Positions 37,269 through 45,537 of a DNA stretch of 45,537 nucleotides are shown one piece after another. Positions within the stretch are counted from its first letter, which is position 1; every line of letters starts with the position of its first letter. The notes beneath the pieces were generated by a model, which searched no databases, was not told where the DNA came from, and saw nothing but the letters and a program-made list of their open reading frames with translations. Source of the stretch: a candidate division WOR-3 bacterium (GTDB lineage Bacteria; Hydrothermota; Tepidihabitantia; SM23-42; JAOAFX01); the NCBI GenBank assembly GCA_026416055.1, contig JAOAFX010000006.1:1-45537 (forward strand), written 5' to 3'. The position numbers and the translations under genes are program-made.

Positions 37269-38165
37269 CTATTTTAATGCATCCCTTACCAGTTCTGCAA
37301 TCTGAATTCCTGCTCGCACCTGCCCTTCTTCAGTCTGGGCACCGATATGAGGTGTGAGGATCACCTGTTCCAGGCTGAAAAGTTTATGCTCTTTAGCAGG
37401 TTCAACTTCAAAAACATCGAGGCATGCTACTTTTACCTTTCCTGATACCAGTGCATCATAAAGGGCATCTTCGTCAATAACACCGCCCCGGGCGCAATTT
37501 ACTATTATTACACCATCCTTCATCTTATTGAATGCTTCACGATTGAGCAGATGTGTTGTTTCCTTGGTTTTCGGTATATGGAGCGAGATGAAGTCAGAGT
37601 TCTTTAGGAGTGTATCAAAATCAACGATTCTTGCAAATTCTGAAGAACTCACATATGGGTCATAAGCAATTACCTCCATCCCCATTGCTTTTGCTCTCTT
37701 TGCCAGTTCTGAGCCAATCCTGCCGATGCCTATTATTCCAAGGGTTTTACCATAAAGCTCAATACCATGGAAACGTTTCTTCTCCCATTTTCCTGCTCTG
37801 GTTGAGACGGTTGCCTGGGGAATCATCCTTGCTGCTGATAGCATCATTCCCAGAGCGAGTTCGGCAACTGAGATAGAAGTGGCAGCAGGGGTATTCAAAA
37901 CTTTTATTCCCCTCGACTTTGCGGCTTCAGCATCAACATTATCAAGCCCTACACCTGCACGCCCAATAACCTTTAGTTTTTTACCTGCCTCAATCACTTC
38001 TTTAGTCACTTTTGTTGCACTCCTTACAATTATGGCATCGAAATCAGGAATGGTTTTGATCAATTCTTCGGGCGCCATCCCGGTTTTCTCAACTACTTCA
38101 AAACCACTTTTCTTCAGGATTTCAATCCCTTCACTTGCAATCGGGTCTGAAATCAAGATTTTCAT
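37269..38165 (-). CDS. serA: D-3-phosphoglycerate dehydrogenase (short form, no ACT domain)
   Basis: IVRSATKV, RAGVGLDNVD, SVAEL, GIGRIG, NCARGG, DVFEVEP, TPHIGAQT.E; SD GGAGG before ATG 38165. Confidence 0.85.
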   Translation of the reverse strand: MKILISDPIASEGIEILKKSGFEVVEKTGMAPEELIKTIPDFDAIIVRSATKVTKEVIEAGKKLKVIGRAGVGLDNVDAEAAKSRGIKVLNTPAATSISVAELALGMMLSAARMIPQATVSTRAGKWEKKRFHGIELYGKTLGIIGIGRIGSELAKRAKAMGMEVIAYDPYVSSSEFARIVDFDTLLKNSDFISLHIPKTKETTHLLNREAFNKMKDGVIIVNCARGGVIDEDALYDALVSGKVKVACLDVFEVEPAKEHKLFSLEQVILTPHIGAQTEEGQVRAGIQIAELVRDALK

Positions 38166-38184
38166 TTTTTGCCTCCTTTGAAGG

Positions 38185-38243
38185 ATTATACTCAAATTCT
38201 CGCTAAAATCAATAATTGACAGTAATATACAGGTGATTATAAT
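38185..38243. promoter_or_regulatory. Back-to-back divergent promoters (serA / hslV)
   Basis: Minus: TTGATT (38212-38207), 16 bp, TATAAT; plus: TTGACA (38216-38221), 16 bp, TATAAT, 6 nt, ATG; the -35 boxes are 3 bp apart. Confidence 0.8.
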
Positions 38244-38249
38244 ATAACT

Positions 38250-38774
38250 ATGAAGGCAACAACCATTTTAGGATTGAGAAAAAATGGCAAAGTGGCGATT
38301 GGTTGTGATGGTCAGGTCACGACCGGTGAAACGATAATGAAATATCGTGCCCGAAAGATTCGTAAGATGTATAATGATAGAATCCTTGTTGGTTTTGCCG
38401 GTGCCACAGCAGATGCCCTGACACTGTTTGAGAGATTTGAGACAAAACTTGAGGAATTCCGTGGAAATGTTCCAAGGAGCGTTATCGAACTTGCCAAGGA
38501 CTGGCGCCAGGATAAAATTTTAAGAAGGCTTGAGGCTTTTCTTGCAATCCTTGACCGAGAACATTCGTACATTGTTTCAGGAGCCGGTGATGTTGTGGAA
38601 CCAGATGATGGAATTGTAGCAATCGGTTCTGGAGGACCCTATGCCCTTGCTGCAGCCCGGGCACTGATGAAATATACTGATTTGTCTCCGCGGGAGATTG
38701 TCGAAGAATCAATAAAGATTGCTGCCCGGATTTGCATTTACACCAATAGCGAAATCTTTATTGAAGAATTATAA
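38250..38774 (+). CDS. hslV: ATP-dependent protease peptidase subunit HslV/ClpQ
   Basis: MKA-TTI (Thr nucleophile), [40 protein letters not shown]. Confidence 0.95.
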   Translation: MKATTILGLRKNGKVAIGCDGQVTTGETIMKYRARKIRKMYNDRILVGFAGATADALTLFERFETKLEEFRGNVPRSVIELAKDWRQDKILRRLEAFLAILDREHSYIVSGAGDVVEPDDGIVAIGSGGPYALAAARALMKYTDLSPREIVEESIKIAARICIYTNSEIFIEEL

Positions 38775-38782
38775 AAAAAATT

Positions 38783-39622
38783 CTATTTAACCCGTGGCAG
38801 TATCAAACGCAATTTCTTTAATGCATTATCCCGAATCTGTCTTACCCTTTCCTTGGTAATATTCATCAATCTGCTTATCTCCTCAAGACTTTGGACTTCA
38901 AAATCACCGAGCCCAAAGTTTCTTTCAATTATCTCTCTTTCCCTAGGTGAGAGTCTTTTAAGTGCCTCCTGAATCCGTTCTGACTCCTGCTTCTGTCTGA
39001 GAATCTCTTCTGGTGATGGCAACACATATTTCTCTTTTGCCGCTTCTTCAATTGAGAGGATTTCTATCAGGGGACCGAAATCATCATCACCATGGGTTTC
39101 ATCGAGTGAAATTATCGGCAATAATTCAGTTAAGGCACGGGAAATCTGCTGATTTGAGACCTTGAAATGTTTTGCCAGCTCCTGGACTGTGGGCTCACGG
39201 CCGTGTTCCTGGACAAAATCCGGTATATACATCTTTATTCTCTTTGCAAGGTAACTCTTTGGTATGAGCTCTTGTTCTGAGAACAATGCATTAAATATCT
39301 CTCTTTTTATCCACCATGTGGAGTAAGTACTTAATTTGTATCCTTTTCTTTCGTCAAACTTTTCAATCGCGTGTATCAAGCCACGAGTTCCGGCGTTTAT
39401 CAATTCACTCAGACTCAAGCCATAATCAAGATAATTTTTACAAATGTGGAGAACTATCTTTAAATTCGAAAGGATTAATTTTTCTTTTGCTGCATTATCT
39501 TTTTTCTCCCTGAATCTGCGGGCAAGTTCGATTTCTTCTTCCCGTGAAAGTAAAGGATAGCGGTTGATTTCTTCAATAAACTGGCTCAACCCCCTTTCTG
39601 TGAACCGCCCCGAAAATCTCAT
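38783..39622 (-). CDS. Short, divergent sigma70-family (RpoD/SigA-like) sigma factor
   Basis: Region 1.2 PLLSREEEIELA, region 2 EKFD..GYKLSTYSTWWI, region 3 GREPT..ELA, ISLD, region 4 SLEEI..ITKERVRQI..ALKKLR; no region 1.1. Confidence 0.9.
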   Translation of the reverse strand: MRFSGRFTERGLSQFIEEINRYPLLSREEEIELARRFREKKDNAAKEKLILSNLKIVLHICKNYLDYGLSLSELINAGTRGLIHAIEKFDERKGYKLSTYSTWWIKREIFNALFSEQELIPKSYLAKRIKMYIPDFVQEHGREPTVQELAKHFKVSNQQISRALTELLPIISLDETHGDDDFGPLIEILSIEEAAKEKYVLPSPEEILRQKQESERIQEALKRLSPREREIIERNFGLGDFEVQSLEEISRLMNITKERVRQIRDNALKKLRLILPRVK

Positions 39623-39625
39623 CCA

Positions 39626-41116
39626 CTATGGTTTTACTGCTATAAACCTCTTGCGTTCACCCCGTTGAATCTGGAAGATAACTGGTTTCCCCTTCTTTAA
39701 ATCCTTGAGTGCATTCCTGAAATCGGTTAGATTTTCAATCACCTTATTCCCGATTCCAATTATCACATCGCCTGGCTGGATACCAGCATCGCTGGATGGT
39801 GAATTGGATTCAACGGCCGTCACCACTACTCCTTTTTTCGCACTGATATTATATCCTTTTGCCTCAGGGCTGTCAATATCTACAACCTGAAGTCCGAGTT
39901 CAGTTTTTTGTTTTTCCTCGGTAACACCTGCCACTTCTTCTTTCATCTCACCGATCTTTACTTTCAATTCTAACTCCTTGCCATTTCTTATCAGCTTCAA
40001 TTTTACAGTCTTACCAGGTGTTGTTGAGGCAACCATGAGCCGGAATGATTGAACATCAGTAACTTTTTTTCCCTCATATTCAATTATGACATCGCCTTCT
40101 TTTATTCCGGCATCATCCGCAGGTGAATTTGGAATTACTTCATTTATCAACACGCCATCGAGGGAAGAGAGATTTAATGCCTCTTTGATTTCATTTGTGA
40201 GATCTTCAAGATAGACACCGAGATATCCCCTTGTTACTTTACCTTTGGTCTTTAACTCTTCGATTACACTTCGGGCAAGATTTATTGGTATTGCAAATCC
40301 AATTCCAATATTGCCTCCGCTTGTAGAAGTTATTGCAGTATTTATCCCGATGACCTCACCCTGAAGGTTTATTAATGGTCCACCAGAATTTCCAGGATTG
40401 ATTGCTGCATCGGTCTGCAAAAAGTTTTGTAGATCAGGCCCTTCACTCAACGGGATGTGGTGTCTGCCTTTTGCCGAGATGACCCCAACCGTCACGGTTC
40501 CTTCAAGATTGAAAGGATTGCCAACAGCCATTACCCAGTCACCTACCTTAATCTTATCCGAGTCTCCCAGTTTCAGATAAGGGAGTTTTTCTTTCGTTTC
40601 TATCTTCAGAAGGGCTACGTCGGTTCTTGAATCAGAACCTATGATCTTTACTGCATCGCCTTTGTATTCCTTTTTATTGGTGAGACGGATGATGATATTT
40701 GATGCGTTTTTTATCACATGGTGGTTGGTTACGACATAACCATCTTCAGATATAATAAATCCAGAACCGAGAGTCTTTGTTTTGCTTTCTGAAGGTGGAA
40801 AATTTTTGAAGAATTCCCGGAAAAAATCTTCAAAAGGACCGCGAAAATCCCATTTAAAATCTTCAAATCCTGTCTTTACAACCCTTTCTGCTGAAATATT
40901 TACCACTGCTGGTGAGACCATTTCAGCAACTCTGGTGAAAGGACTTTCACCCTGTTCAGTTAAAATTGGATTTATTCCGGATGTGCTCGGGCTCGCTTCA
41001 GTTTTGTTAGAAAGAACAGGTATGCCGGCGCTGATTATCAAGCCGGCTAAGAAGGCAACGATTGCAGCAACACCAGCGATTATGCCCGCAGATTTCAGAG
41101 AGAGTTTGTAATCCAT
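39626..41116 (-). CDS. HtrA/DegP (Do) serine protease with two PDZ domains
   Basis: TM anchor, PAVVNI, LGSGFII, TNHHVI, DVALLK, QTDAAINPGNSGGPL, two PDZ domains. Confidence 0.95.
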   Translation of the reverse strand: MDYKLSLKSAGIIAGVAAIVAFLAGLIISAGIPVLSNKTEASPSTSGINPILTEQGESPFTRVAEMVSPAVVNISAERVVKTGFEDFKWDFRGPFEDFFREFFKNFPPSESKTKTLGSGFIISEDGYVVTNHHVIKNASNIIIRLTNKKEYKGDAVKIIGSDSRTDVALLKIETKEKLPYLKLGDSDKIKVGDWVMAVGNPFNLEGTVTVGVISAKGRHHIPLSEGPDLQNFLQTDAAINPGNSGGPLINLQGEVIGINTAITSTSGGNIGIGFAIPINLARSVIEELKTKGKVTRGYLGVYLEDLTNEIKEALNLSSLDGVLINEVIPNSPADDAGIKEGDVIIEYEGKKVTDVQSFRLMVASTTPGKTVKLKLIRNGKELELKVKIGEMKEEVAGVTEEKQKTELGLQVVDIDSPEAKGYNISAKKGVVVTAVESNSPSSDAGIQPGDVIIGIGNKVIENLTDFRNALKDLKKGKPVIFQIQRGERKRFIAVKP

Positions 41117-41127
41117 TTTTGCTCCTG

Positions 41128-41577
41128 CTATTTTATTTCAACTTCAATCTCTTTAGGTTTCATTGTTTCGGGCTTAGGAAGTGTGATATGGAGTACACCA
41201 TCTTTGTAGATAGCTTTAATCTTGTTCACATCCACATCGCTTGGTAAGGTTATTGTCCTTGAGAATTTTCCATACATCCTTTCCACCCGGTGATATGTCT
41301 TATTCTTGGTCTCGGCTTCGTGTTTTCTTTCACCGGAAATCGTAAGAAGATTACCCCGTACAGAAATCTTCACATCTTCTTTCTTCAATCCCGGAAGTTC
41401 AGCACTGACGATAAAGTTTTCATTGTCCTCTTCAATATCAATAACAGGAACCCACACGCCTTCGAGTTCCTCGCTGACCGATCTTCCAAAGAATGTGTTG
41501 AACAATCTGTCCATTTCCTCTCTTAAAGACATTAATTCCCGGAACGGGTCCCATCTTTTTATTTGTTTATCTGCCAT
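41128..41577 (-). CDS. Small heat-shock protein (Hsp20)
   Basis: WDPFRE..MDRLF, P.IDIEE, ELPG, LTISGER, ERMYGKFSRTITLP, YKDGVL.ITLPK. Confidence 0.95.
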   Translation of the reverse strand: MADKQIKRWDPFRELMSLREEMDRLFNTFFGRSVSEELEGVWVPVIDIEEDNENFIVSAELPGLKKEDVKISVRGNLLTISGERKHEAETKNKTYHRVERMYGKFSRTITLPSDVDVNKIKAIYKDGVLHITLPKPETMKPKEIEVEIK

Positions 41578-41590
41578 GGTACCTCCTTTT

Positions 41591-41893
41591 TTATTTTTTT
41601 TGACCTATTTTTTTATACTCCTGCTCTTTTTTTGTTATTTCATTCTTGATGCGTTTAATTTTCTGGACGATTTGTTTAATCCTGAGGTCGTTTTTGAAAT
41701 CTTCATTCCCTTTTAAAGGGAAAAAACCATAGAATACTTCACCCAGTTCCTGGAACAATTCCTGCGATTTTCTTTTCAACTCAAAAATCTCTAACTTCAG
41801 TTTCCCCTTCATCGTGAGATCGCCTGCCTCTTTGCTCAAAACCCTCGATGCATCCTCGAGCCAGCGCGAAAAATCATCCCAGAATTTGGCCAT
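41591..41893 (-). CDS. Hypothetical helical protein (100 aa)
   Basis: Strong SD AGGAGG, amphipathic N-terminal helix, KLKLEI..LGEVFY, coiled-coil tail; same strand and tight spacing with hsp20. Confidence 0.75.
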   Translation of the reverse strand: MAKFWDDFSRWLEDASRVLSKEAGDLTMKGKLKLEIFELKRKSQELFQELGEVFYGFFPLKGNEDFKNDLRIKQIVQKIKRIKNEITKKEQEYKKIGQKK

Positions 41894-42044
41894 TGTGCCT
41901 CCTGTTTAAAATTTTGACTAATAATTATGAAATAGGGTTTAGTGAATGAAATATGTTTTTCTTCCACCTCTCGATGTCGTTCTCTATCTGGATTAGCGGT
42001 CTATTAGACATTGCCGCAGAGTATTATATAAGTTGGTGAAGGCT

Positions 42045-42602
42045 TTATATCTCTCTTATTTCTTTTTCTTTCTTTTTTAATAAATCATCAATCTTTTTAA
42101 TATACTCATCGGTCATCTTCTGAATTGCTTCCTGGGCTTTGAATGAATCATCTTCAGAGATCTTCTTTTCTTTTTCAATCTTTTTTAATTCATTATTGGC
42201 ATCCCTTCTTATATTTCTTACCGCAACCCGACATTCTTCAGCCAGTTTCTGGGTCAATTTTACAAGTTCTTCTCTTCTTTCTGCAGTAAGGGGTGGCAGG
42301 CTGAGTCTTATCACATTACCATCGTTATTAGGAGTGAGTCCAATATCAGCCTTATATATCGCCTTTTCAATCGCTGATAGTGCCTGCTTATCCCATGGCT
42401 GTATTACAATCAACCTCGGTTCTGGAATGCTAATAGTGGCCACCTGGTTCAAAGGCAAAAGGGTATTATAGTAATCAACCTTTATACCATCAAGGAGTGC
42501 CGGAGTTGCCCTGCCAGTTCTTATCTTTGCGAATTCCTGATTTAAGAGACTCAGAGACTTTTCCATCTTCTGCCTCGCTTCTTCTTTAATCTTATCTATC
42601 AT
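42045..42602 (-). CDS. frr: Ribosome recycling factor
   Basis: IRTGRA, VDYY, QPWD, P.NDG..IR, LT.ERR, VRNIRRDAN. Confidence 0.97.
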   Translation of the reverse strand: MIDKIKEEARQKMEKSLSLLNQEFAKIRTGRATPALLDGIKVDYYNTLLPLNQVATISIPEPRLIVIQPWDKQALSAIEKAIYKADIGLTPNNDGNVIRLSLPPLTAERREELVKLTQKLAEECRVAVRNIRRDANNELKKIEKEKKISEDDSFKAQEAIQKMTDEYIKKIDDLLKKKEKEIREI

Positions 42603-42622
42603 ACCTTTCCTCCTGAAAATTT

Positions 42623-43330
42623 TTAAAAGACAATCGTTCCGACTTCCTCCCCAAGAACTATCTTTTTGAGGGGATGCTTCATAAGATTATACACGCAGAT
42701 GGGAATTTTTGCATCCCTGCAGATTTTGAATGCGGTGATGTCCATGACCTCAAGATTTTTATCGATCGCCTCCCGGAAAGATACTCTCTGATAAAATTTT
42801 GCATCCTTATCTTTTTCAGGGTCGGCTGAATACACACCTTCAACCTTTGTACCCTTGATGAGTATCTGTGCTGAGAGTTCTACAGCGCGGAGTGCAGCCG
42901 CAGTGTCAGTGGTAAATAATGGATTGCCGGTTCCACCTGCAAGTAAAATGACGCCGCCCTGGTCATAAATCATCCGGTCTTCTAACTTGTGAAAACTTTC
43001 TACAAAACCGGAGATTTCAAAACTGCTCCGGAGATAGACTTTATCTATTTTTTTCCTCAAAACTGAGTATAATGCTATACCATTAATTACGGTTCCTATC
43101 ATTCCACATAGGTCAGCATCAATTGGACTTAACCAAGATACTTCTTTTCCCCTTACAATGTTTCCGCCACCCATGACAACTGCCACTTTCACTCCAAGTT
43201 CGTGGACTGAGCTTACCTGTTCCGCAATGTAATCTAAAATCCTTGAACTTAAGACTTCGTTATTTTGACCGAGGATTTCACCTGAAATCTTTAAAAGGAT
43301 TTTTTTATATTTTATCCGGTCTTTACTCAC
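42623..43330 (-). CDS. pyrH: Uridylate kinase
   Basis: LLKISGE, GGGN..RG, GTGNPLFTTD.AAALRA, VEGVYSADP; GTG start near 43330 overlapping the tsf end. Confidence 0.93.
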   Translation of the reverse strand: MSKDRIKYKKILLKISGEILGQNNEVLSSRILDYIAEQVSSVHELGVKVAVVMGGGNIVRGKEVSWLSPIDADLCGMIGTVINGIALYSVLRKKIDKVYLRSSFEISGFVESFHKLEDRMIYDQGGVILLAGGTGNPLFTTDTAAALRAVELSAQILIKGTKVEGVYSADPEKDKDAKFYQRVSFREAIDKNLEVMDITAFKICRDAKIPICVYNLMKHPLKKIVLGEEVGTIVF

Positions 43331-43910
43331 CAAGACGGAAACGGACAAACCTTCTTATTACAATATTTTCGCCAAATTTTGCAATTTGTTCTTTCAGATA
43401 ATCACCAACGGTCTTTTCAGGAATTTTTACAAATGGCTGCTCCAGAAGGCAGACCGAATTGTAAAATTTCTCCAACTTACCCTCCACAATTTTTTCAATG
43501 ATTTCGGGGGGCTTCTTTAAATCCTGGATCTGGCTACGATATATTTCTTTTTCCTTTTCAATAACCTCCCGGGGAAGTTCTTCCCGGCTCACGACAAGGG
43601 GTTCACTTGCAGCGATTTGTAATGCAATATCGCGAACAAATCTTCGAAAATCCTGGTTGCGCGCGACAAAATCTGTCTCACAATTTACCTCTACAAGGAC
43701 ACCAAGGCGGTCTCCAGGATGTATATAGGCATCGATTATACCCTCTTTTGTAATCCTTCCTACCTTTTTTGCCGCAAGAGCAAGCCCTTTCATCCTGAGG
43801 ATATCCACAGCCTTTTCAATATCACCATTTGCCTGGATAAGAGCGTCCTTACAGTCAACGATACCAGCCCCGGTTCTTTCCCTGAGTTCTCTTATTTTTT
43901 CTGTATCCAT
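43323..43910 (-). CDS. tsf: Elongation factor Ts (short form)
   Basis: ELRERTGAG..DCK.AL, EVNCETDFVA, LLEQPFVK, IRRFVRF. Confidence 0.97.
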   Translation of the reverse strand: MDTEKIRELRERTGAGIVDCKDALIQANGDIEKAVDILRMKGLALAAKKVGRITKEGIIDAYIHPGDRLGVLVEVNCETDFVARNQDFRRFVRDIALQIAASEPLVVSREELPREVIEKEKEIYRSQIQDLKKPPEIIEKIVEGKLEKFYNSVCLLEQPFVKIPEKTVGDYLKEQIAKFGENIVIRRFVRFRLGE

Positions 43911-44618
43911 TCATGCCTCCTTTCCTTCAGTTTCAAAACCTTTTCTTCCTTCCAGCACTGCATTCGATATAATCCTGGTCACGAGGGAGATTGCACGAAG
44001 TGAATCATCATTACCGGGAATAGGATAATTGATTCCAGTGGGGTCCGCATTGGTGTCAACGATCGCTATGATGGGAATTCCCATCTTCCTTGCTTCTTTC
44101 ACAGCGGTAGCATCTTTTATGACATCAACAATGTAAACAAGCCCTGGCAGACGATCCATCTCTTTAATACCCTCAAAATATCTGGTCAATTTTTCAAATT
44201 CGTGTTCATAACGGACAAGCTCTTTCTTTGGAAGCATCGCCCATCGACCGTCTTCTTTCATCTGTTCTAATTCTCTCAGTCTCTGGACCCTTGTATAAAG
44301 TGTGTTGAAATTGGTTAGCAGTCCACCAAGCCATCGTTCTATTATATAAAAAGCACCAGCACGTTGTGCCTCTTCCTTTATCACATCCTTTGCCTGCTTT
44401 TTAGTTCCTACATACAATATGCCCTTCCCCTGTTCTGCAATTCTTACAGTTATCTCGTATGCCCTTTTCAAACATTCCTGAGTCTGGCGCAGATCGATTA
44501 TATGGACACCATTCTTTTTGCCGAAGATATATTTAGCCATCTTAGGATTCCAGCGTTTTGTTCTGTGTCCGAAATGTATTCCTGTGCTTATCAACTCTTG
44601 TAACGTAACTAACTCCAA
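43911..44618 (-). CDS. rpsB: 30S ribosomal protein S2
   Basis: HFGH...WNPKM, VGTKKQA, RWLGGLLTN, DTNADP, PGNDD; TTG start with SD GGGAGG. Confidence 0.97.
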   Translation of the reverse strand: MELVTLQELISTGIHFGHRTKRWNPKMAKYIFGKKNGVHIIDLRQTQECLKRAYEITVRIAEQGKGILYVGTKKQAKDVIKEEAQRAGAFYIIERWLGGLLTNFNTLYTRVQRLRELEQMKEDGRWAMLPKKELVRYEHEFEKLTRYFEGIKEMDRLPGLVYIVDVIKDATAVKEARKMGIPIIAIVDTNADPTGINYPIPGNDDSLRAISLVTRIISNAVLEGRKGFETEGKEA

Positions 44619-44633
44619 ATTGCCTCCCTGTCT

Positions 44634-45017
44634 TTAACGTTTTGAGAACTGGAATCTTTTGCGTCTTTTTGCGAGACCATATTTCATCCGTTCTTTTTCT
44701 CTTGGGTCTCTTTTCAACAGACCCGCGCTCTTGAGTGTCGGCCTCAATTCAGGATTCAAATTGACAAGTGCCCTGGCAATTCCCAGACTCACTGCGCCAG
44801 CCTGACCAGAAATTCCACCACCTTTTACTTTTGCGTATATATCCACTGTCCCCTTTACACCAGCAGTGATAAGGGGCAGGTTTACAAGATCCACAAGTTC
44901 CTGGCGGCAGAAATACTGGAGAGGTTCCTTACCATTTATCTTTATTATACCTTTTCCCGGGAATACCCTTACTTTAGCCACACTCCTTTTGCGCGAACCA
45001 ACAAATATTTGATTCAT
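44634..45017 (-). CDS. rpsI: 30S ribosomal protein S9
   Basis: GGGISGQAGA..GIARAL, RDPR.KER.KYG, QFSKR. Confidence 0.97.
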   Translation of the reverse strand: MNQIFVGSRKRSVAKVRVFPGKGIIKINGKEPLQYFCRQELVDLVNLPLITAGVKGTVDIYAKVKGGGISGQAGAVSLGIARALVNLNPELRPTLKSAGLLKRDPREKERMKYGLAKRRKRFQFSKR

Positions 45018-45028
45018 CAGTCGACCTC

Positions 45029-45457
45029 CTATATCCGAATTATCTTTGGTAATTGTGCCTGATGAGGGTGCTCATTGCCGAGATAAAGTTTTAATCTCTT
45101 TAGCCTGCGTGCCCGAAATTTGTTCTTGGGCAACATTCCACTTACTGCATGGTAAAGGACTTTTTCAGGGCTTTTTTCCAGCATAAGTTTTAAATTTATT
45201 GCTTTTAAACCACCTGGATAAAAAGAATGCCGATAATAAATTTTTTCTTCCATTTTATTTCCGGTCACTGTAAACTTATCAGCATTGAGCACGATTACAT
45301 AGTCCCCACAATCGACATGGGGCGAATATTGAGGCTTATCCTTGCCCGTAAGAAGTCGGGCAATCCTTGATGCAATTCTTCCAAGGACCTTACCCTGGGC
45401 ATCAACCAAATACCAGTTTCGCTTTATCTCAGAGCGCTTAAGAACCTTTGTTTTCAT
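45029..45457 (-). CDS. rplM: 50S ribosomal protein L13
   Basis: WYLVDA..LGR.AS, PHVDCGDYVIV.NA, YYRHS.YPGG, GMLPKN. Confidence 0.97.
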   Translation of the reverse strand: MKTKVLKRSEIKRNWYLVDAQGKVLGRIASRIARLLTGKDKPQYSPHVDCGDYVIVLNADKFTVTGNKMEEKIYYRHSFYPGGLKAINLKLMLEKSPEKVLYHAVSGMLPKNKFRARRLKRLKLYLGNEHPHQAQLPKIIRI

Positions 45458-45464
45458 AGCCTAA

Positions 45465-45492
45465 ATTATACCCATTTTTGAAAAAAAGTCAA
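45465..45492 (-). promoter_or_regulatory. Promoter of the rplM operon, leaderless geometry
   Basis: Minus strand TTGACT, 16 bp, TATAAT, 7 nt, ATG; no SD. Confidence 0.75.
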
Positions 45493-45537
45493 TACCATGT
45501 TTTACTGAGTACTCCTCACTTTTTCAATCTCCAATTG

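Noticed and set aside
3418-41116. Short DNA similarity between the two HtrA genes as a repeat or recent duplication
   Set aside because: Limited to conserved catalytic motifs; ordinary old paralogues
41913-41920. CtsR box (AGTCAAA on the minus strand) upstream of the Hsp20 unit
   Set aside because: Only one heptad; CtsR needs a tandem direct repeat
296-44603. Numerous 60-170 aa antisense or alternate-frame ORFs in the track
   Set aside because: Nearly all lie within well-supported genes and show no family motifs; treated as shadow ORFs

Overview
A gene-dense, AT-rich bacterial chromosomal segment of mostly housekeeping and envelope genes. It comes from a diderm (BamD, lipoproteins, a secreted protein with a T9SS/FlgD-Ig-type C-terminal domain). 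My impression of FCB-related/WOR-3-like affinity is an inference and was not checked. Content: pilC (partial)-PilS-like kinase-truA-transaldolase-HtrA-wHTH protein; long SppA; argF-CdaR/YbbR; GalE-like-DUF58-BatA; cold-shock protein and a TPR/coiled-coil tail-anchored protein; a 978-aa Kelch/Ig secreted protein; pdp; membrane HD-GYP; lemA-htpX-DUF3108-mannose-1-P guanylyltransferase-SPOR lipoprotein-rdgB; holB-Mut7C-SpoIID; SPFH-archaemetzincin-class V aminotransferase-MEDS/GGDEF-DivIVA-PNP-TPR-bamD-nadD; serA-DUF1015; hslV; a hypothetical-Hsp20-HtrA-divergent sigma70 cluster; and rplM-rpsI-rpsB-tsf-pyrH-frr. I saw no rRNA, tRNA, CRISPR array, transposase or defence system. The most interesting signals are non-coding: (1) near-consensus TTGAnn/TAnnnT promoters with a 16-bp rather than 17-bp spacer at 12 of 15 sites; (2) at least six apparently leaderless genes, including rplM; (3) a family of GTAG-type REP hairpins in two covarying subtypes, one cluster lying between decayed copies of the argF 5' end; (4) a gene that appears to need an ATT start codon. 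The first ~150 bp are a Nextera adapter plus a probable chimeric join.
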